From the NCBI GenBank assembly GCA_951406725.2, contig OX597828.1, forward strand, positions 41,602,001 through 41,666,000: a stretch of DNA of 64,000 nucleotides. Direction: 5' to 3'. This stretch comes from Octopus vulgaris. Its lineage: Eukaryota. Positions 55,754 to 64,000 of the stretch are shown here, piece after piece. The number at the start of each line of letters is the position of its first letter. Position 1 is the stretch's first letter. The notes under the pieces were generated by a model. It had not been told where the DNA came from. It saw only the letters and a program-made list of their open reading frames with translations, and did not search any database. Position numbers and translations under genes: made by a program.

Positions 55754-55798
<45 letters not shown>

Positions 55799-55867
55799 TA
55801 TATTATATTATATTATATTATATTATATTATATTATATTATATATAATATATATATATAATATTATA

Positions 55868-55951
<84 letters not shown>

Positions 55952-56427
55952 ATATATATGCATACATGTATATGCATATATACATACATGCGTATATATA
56001 AACATACGCACACACACATACATATATATATATATTTGATGCGTGTATATGTGAGTATATACGTTTATATGTCTATATGTTTGTGTGTGTGTGTGCGTGT
56101 GAGCATGTGTCTGTCTATATATAATCCACAGCAATGCAATAACTGAGAGAGTTGGAAGAGAAAAACTAGAGAGAGGGAAGAAACCGGTGGAGATAGGGAA
56201 AGAGAGAGAGAGGGGGCGAGAGAGAGAAAGATAGAGAGAGAGGGAGAGAGAGGGTGAGAGAGAGAATGATAGAGAGAGAGGGCGAGAGATGGTGAAAAAA
56301 AGATCAAGATGGAGGTGGAAGGTGGTGGGGGGGGGCAGTATTAAGTTGTTTTTTTTTGCACATTTCAAGACAGAGCAGATCATGTGTGTGTGTGATGTGT
56401 GATGTGATGCGATGTGATGTGATGTGA

Positions 56428-56458
<31 letters not shown>

Positions 56459-56813
56459 GTGTGTGTGCGCGCGCGCGTGTGTGTGTGTGTGTGTGTGCGC
56501 GCGCGCGCGCGTGTGTGTGTGTCTTTTAACCTCATTCTTGACATATTCACTCAGAGCCTGGGTGGGGCAACTAACAACCATGCCTGGGGCAAAGTTGTTT
56601 GAGATACCAAGGTAGAGTCTGATGTAACGTATACGAGCGAGCGGGCGCGCGTGCACACACACACACACACACACACAAGTACGAGTGTATACATAATTAT
56701 ATATATATATATATATATATGTCAGGATATGAGTGTGTGTGCGCATTCGCATTCGCATAAAGACGTATGTCAGCATGTCAGTGTGTATCTTGTCTATACA
56801 GACACACACGTAC

Positions 56814-56899
<86 letters not shown>

Positions 56900-56900
56900 G

Positions 56901-56975
<75 letters not shown>

Positions 56976-57470
56976 TGTATATATATATATATATGTATAT
57001 ATATACATATGTATATATGTATGTATATGGGTGTGTATATATATGTATGTATATAGGTATATCTTCATAAAGATAAATATATACGTGCACATTTAAATGA
57101 ATATAACTATACATACATATCTGTGTGTGTGTGTGAGTATATGTGTATGTACATACATATATATATATATGTGTGTGTGTGTGGGTATATATATATATGC
57201 GTGTGTGTATATATATATATGTGTGTGTGTATATATATATAAATATATAAAAAAATATGTATATATACGTATATGTATGGATATAATATGTGTGTGTGTG
57301 TGTGTGCGTGTCTATGAATGTGCGTATAGGTGCGAATTATATACACACAAACACTTACACATACACATTTATATAGTTAAGTCTATGGTCGGTCATAGAG
57401 TGACCAATAGTTTCGCATCCCAAAGGATATATATATATATTGTTGTTTTTTTAATTGTTAATAACCGTAA

Positions 57471-57606
<136 letters not shown>

Positions 57607-57612
57607 ACATAT

Positions 57613-57810
57613 GTGGAGGCACATGGCCTAGTGATTAGGGCAGTGGACTCGCGGTCGAATGATCGCAGGTTCGAATCTCAGACTGGGCGATGTGTTGTGT
57701 TTATGAGCGAAGGTAATGGCGAACTTCTGTTGACTCTTTCACCACAACTTTCTCTCTCTGTTTCCTCCTGCATCTTGCTGCTCACCTGCGACAGACCGGC
57801 GTCCCATCCA
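57613..57810 (+). mobile_element. SINE family C-related, diverged
   Basis: tRNA-like head and the CTCTTTCACCACAACTTTCTCTC block. Confidence 0.78.
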
Positions 57811-57966
57811 TATATATGTTTGCCCTATGAGCAAACATATATATATACACACACACACACACCAATACACACACACGCATATATATATAATAGAAATATT
57901 AAAATTGCTAAGTCTCTCTAAAAGAGATTACGGCAGCGTTACTGGAAATTAATTGTTATCGCCATA

Positions 57967-58168
57967 TTAATATGGCAGTCTTATAAATATAAAACTAAAA
58001 GCTGTCGCTGATTAGTTCCATGACTGGCAGTGTGAAGCGGCTGACCTCCCTTGTTCGAAGGTTATAATGAACACAGTTTGTGTGTCAAATAGCTATCTTA
58101 AGGCGATGGCCTCATGGAGCTAATCAGCGACAGCTTTTAGTCTTATATCTATAAGACTGCCATATTAA
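57967..58168. repeat. Inverted repeat, 57-bp arms (57967-58023 and 58112-58168)
   Basis: TTAATATGGCAGTCTTATA...AAAAGCTGTCGCTGATTAG(T/C)TCCATGA and its reverse complement; adjacent to (TA)n. Confidence 0.9.
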
Positions 58169-58171
58169 CAA

Positions 58172-58220
<49 letters not shown>

Positions 58221-58580
58221 AAGTTGTTTGAGATACCAAGGTTATACTACTGATGTAGTATATAAGTTGTGTGTGTGTGTGTGTGTGTATATATGTGTGT
58301 GTATGTCTGTGCGTATAATACATGTATAGAAACACACAGCCTCATTCCTTTACTCAAATACCTATCCATGCTTAATTACATTCTCTTTATCAGTGCCCCG
58401 TTCCCTGCAGTACCCCGTTCCCTGGTACGCTTACAGAATACCCGTTCAAGTCTGTTATATGGTAAACACCACAGAGAACAACATGGCACCAATACATACT
58501 TAACTGATGATGGGTTTTTTAAAAACTTAATTTTAGCTTACTAGTCATTACTGCATGTGCTTTCAGTCAAAATTGTTTAT

Positions 58581-58693
<113 letters not shown>

Positions 58694-58894
58694 CTTTTAT
58701 CATTCAGTTGTTTCTTTTATTGGTCTGCGGTTATTCTGAGGTTCCTGCTTGGAGGCATCACACCGGTACTTAACGTTTTTTTTTTTAAAGGTTGCTTCCT
58801 TGTTATTCTATCCGGACCCTTTTGTTGAACTGCCAATTTACAGGGTCGTAAACAAACCAACACCGGTTTTCAAGCAGTGCTACGACACACACAC

Positions 58895-58938
<44 letters not shown>

Positions 58939-58979
58939 ACAGAGCAACATATATGTTTCTTTTACTATCTTTTCTTTTA

Positions 58980-59367
<388 letters not shown>

Positions 59368-59571
59368 AAATATGACACTTGTAGAGTGTGGAAGGCGGAG
59401 ATGTCAATTTATAGACAGCATAATTAATAGAGAGCAATTTTAATAGATTGCAATATATTTTGCCCAGGCCTGTTTCAGTGTTTCCGGTCGTCTGTTGATA
59501 CATTGGAGGTGTAGAGTTAATTGGACAAAATTCAGTGACAGTTTAATTGTCCATGAAAGGGTTTCTGTCTC

Positions 59572-59996
59572 TCTAGATTTTTTGGCTCAAAAAGCAAAAA
59601 GCAAGGTCATGTAGGGGGACATGGAGTTATGTACAGGGTGGTGTTCATGTAAAGAGCTCAGGCCACTTGTGGTCAAGAGAGACTTTGAACCGAGCGGTCA
59701 TCGGCATCTTCACCATCTCGTCCGGCAGCTTATTCCACGGATCTGCAACCCGGACGGAGAAAGCCCCTCTCTTTCGATTGAGAAGAAATCGTCGCAGATA
59801 GAGCTTTTCGGAATGACCTCCCAGCCGACGCTCTGGAGCAGGAGTGAAGAACAGCTCTTTCGAGAGGTTACACTTTCCGCTTATGATGTTGCGAGCAAGA
59901 ATAAGATCACCACGGCGTCGTCGTTTTTCTAGAGAATAAAGGTCGAGCGTCTTCAGCCTTTCCTCATAAGACAAATTCTTGAGACCAAGAACCATG
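59572..59996 (-). mobile_element. CR1/L2-group LINE 3' end
   Basis: ORF 59645-59995: LSYEERLKTLDLYSLEKRRRRGDLI...GH..KL...FSVRVADPWNKLP...FK..LD, the CR1-type ORF2 C-terminus. Confidence 0.92.
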
Positions 59997-60065
59997 CGGG
60001 TCTCACCTTAAAAATAAGGTGCTTGTGATTTTATTTATATTATTGGAAGGGACTATAGATTGTTT

Positions 60066-60300
60066 GTGGAGGCGTGTGGCTTAGTGATTAGGGTGTTGGA
60101 CTCATCGTCGTATGACTGTCGTTTCGATTCCTGAACTAGGCGATGCGTTGTGTTCTTGAGCAAAGCAGTTCGATTCTCTCTGCTGGCAAAAAGGAATAAT
60201 CCGGCGACGGACCGGTGTCCCATCCAGGTAGGGATTTTATACGTCACGGGAAACCTGGATACCAGCCCTATGAATCTATGATTCGGGAATGAACTTTACT
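60066..60300 (+). mobile_element. tRNA-derived SINE related to families C and D, diverged
   Basis: GGAGGCGTGTGGCTTAGTGATTAGGG...GTTTCGATTCC head. Confidence 0.72.
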
Positions 60301-60422
60301 TTTATCCATAGTTTATTAGTGACCCTTTTCCTAGACGCGATCCAAGATATCTGTGTGAGGTAACAGCAACCCTGTTGCAGATGTGAGCGCAGCGATCCAT
60401 TTGGGTTTCACCTTAGACTTAC

Positions 60423-60447
60423 AGAGTGTCAGCAGCTTTTGCGGGGT
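60423..60447 (-). other. Candidate 25-nt micro-exon
   Basis: Minus strand atatttcag|ACCCCGCAAAAGCTGCTGACACTCT|gtaagt in non-repetitive sequence. Confidence 0.25.
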
Positions 60448-60651
60448 CTGAAATATGTTCACGCCTTGAAAAGAAGAGTCAGCCGAGCTATGTTAAGGAT
60501 ATACTTTTACCAGAAAAAATCATCGGTGTTAATGAAGCTCATCATTTGGAATGAAAATGAAGACTAAACGCCGTCATCTTTCGAGGCCTGTGGTTCGCGG
60601 GTATTTTCTTGATTGGAGTAGTGGTTCAGAAGGCTGGTATAGTGTATAGTT

Positions 60652-61034
60652 GTGGAGACGCAATGGCCCAGTGGTTAGGGCAGCGGACTCGCGGTCGTAG
60701 GATCGCGGTTTCGATTCCCAGACCGGGCGTTGTGAGTATTTATTGAGCGAAAACACCTAAAGCTCCATGAGGCTCCGGCAGGGGATGGTGGTGATCCCTG
60801 CTGTACTCTTTCACCACAACTTTCTCTCACTCTTACTTCCTGTTTCTGTTGTACCTGTATTTCAAAGGGCCGGCCTTGTCACTCTCTGTGTCACGCTGAA
60901 TATCCCCGAGAACTACGTTAAGGGTACACGTGTCTGTGGAATGCTCAGCCACTTACACGTTAATTTCACGAGCAGGCTGTTCCGTTGATCGGATCAACCG
61001 GAACCCTCGTCGTCGTAACCGACGGAATGCTTCC
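60652..61034 (+). mobile_element. SINE family C, full length, with a 13-bp TSD
   Basis: ATAGTGTATAGTT at 60639-60651 and 61035-61047. Confidence 0.95.
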
Positions 61035-61200
61035 ATAGTGTATAGTTAGCTACCCAATAATTTAGAGTGCCAAAAGTGCAAGTTCTGCGGGGCCGGATAT
61101 ATCGCAAGGTTCACAGCCTATAGGTGAACCCACGCAGTTGCCGAGTAGTATCCAAGGGAGCGGAAAAGGTCACTTGGAAGTTTATTATTAGATTGGTGTA

Positions 61201-62195
<995 letters not shown>

Positions 62196-62247
62196 AAAGA
62201 GCAATTAGATTGCTGTGATATTGAAATCCGTTTATAAATAGTGGTCA

Positions 62248-62414
62248 TAGGCGCAGGAGTGGCTGTGTGGTAAGTAGCTTGCTAACCAACCACATGGTTC
62301 CGGGTTCAGTCCCACTGCGTGGCATCTTGGGCGAGTGTCTTCTGCTATAGCCCCGGGCCGACCAATGCCTTGTGAGTGGATTTGGTAGACGGAAACTGAA
62401 AGAAGCCTGTCGTA

Positions 62415-62459
<45 letters not shown>

Positions 62460-62688
62460 GTGTGTGTGTTTGTGTGTCTGTGTTTGTCCCCCTAGCATTG
62501 CTTGACAACCGATGCTGGTGTGTTTACGTCCCCGTCACTTAGCGGTTCGGCAAAAGAGACCGATAGAATAAGTACTGGACTTACAAAAAGAATAAGTCCC
62601 GGGGTCGATTTGCTCGATCGACTAAAGGCGGTGCTCCAGCATGGCCGCAGTCAAATGACTGAAACAAGTAAAAGAGTAAAAGAGTAAA
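62248..62688 (+). mobile_element. SINE family A, full-length reference copy
   Basis: A box TGGCTGTGTGG, B box GGTTCAGTCCC, internal microsatellite, (AGTAAAAG)n tail. Confidence 0.95.
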
Positions 62689-62741
62689 GGGTTTAAGAGA
62701 TAGATCTAGTTGCGTGGTGTTCATCGCATTAAGAGTGGTAT

Positions 62742-63338
<597 letters not shown>

Positions 63339-63524
63339 AGGGCGGTGATTGGAAAAAAAAAACTCGTTTTGTTTTCCTGTTTAATAGAACTGACAGTTTA
63401 CAGTTTCTAAACGAATATGCAAGAAGGTGTTGTTAATGTTAAAGACATATGTTTAATTGGATTCTTCAACACACATAGACATCATAAGCCTACACTATGC
63501 ACAGTAATGTCTATATATGCACAC

Positions 63525-63577
<53 letters not shown>

Positions 63578-63738
63578 TATGTGTGTGAATTATGATGAAT
63601 AAAAAACAACTATAAATGTGTAGGCTACCATTTGTTTTATGTGTAAAAAAAGGGCCTTCCTGGGGTCTCAGAACCGCTAGGAATCTAGCCTCACTTGCAT
63701 GCATACATACATGCATGTATGCATACATATATACGCAC

Positions 63739-63789
<51 letters not shown>

Positions 63790-63827
63790 AATACACATAT
63801 ATATGTATATATGCATACAGGCATACA

Positions 63828-63875
<48 letters not shown>

Positions 63876-63880
63876 CATAC

Positions 63881-63913
<33 letters not shown>

Positions 63914-64000
63914 CGCAGATGCGCTGTGTAGACGTTTGCGCAACTGTGCGGAGAGATACATTACAGACATTGATACGTTCTTTTTTTCATCCAGAAGGCG

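Overview
AT-rich eukaryotic non-coding DNA (intronic or intergenic), saturated with microsatellites. The SINE families and repeat landscape suggest an octopus/coleoid cephalopod genome; this is an inference. Almost all ORF-track entries are translations of simple repeats, and no intact host protein gene was recognised. Supported content: (1) about 35 copies or fragments of four tRNA-derived SINE families (here called A-D); (2) LINE remnants of the RTE, R4/Dong-like and CR1/L2 groups; (3) a Penelope-like element (PLE) 3' end with an open zinc-finger plus GIY-YIG endonuclease frame; (4) two non-autonomous Helitrons in inverted orientation; (5) Tigger/pogo-like and hAT-like MITEs; (6) 21-bp and 14-bp minisatellites. 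The most striking hidden layer is at least eight hammerhead-ribozyme motifs from several unrelated non-coding, PLE-type repeat families, mostly inside fold-back or partial-tandem structures next to microsatellites. One of these is an ~0.9 kb ORF-less retrozyme-like cassette that splits a SINE. Weaker candidates are three minus-strand micro-exons and a dense CCAAT-box cluster. All calls are by eye; no alignment, folding or database search was run.
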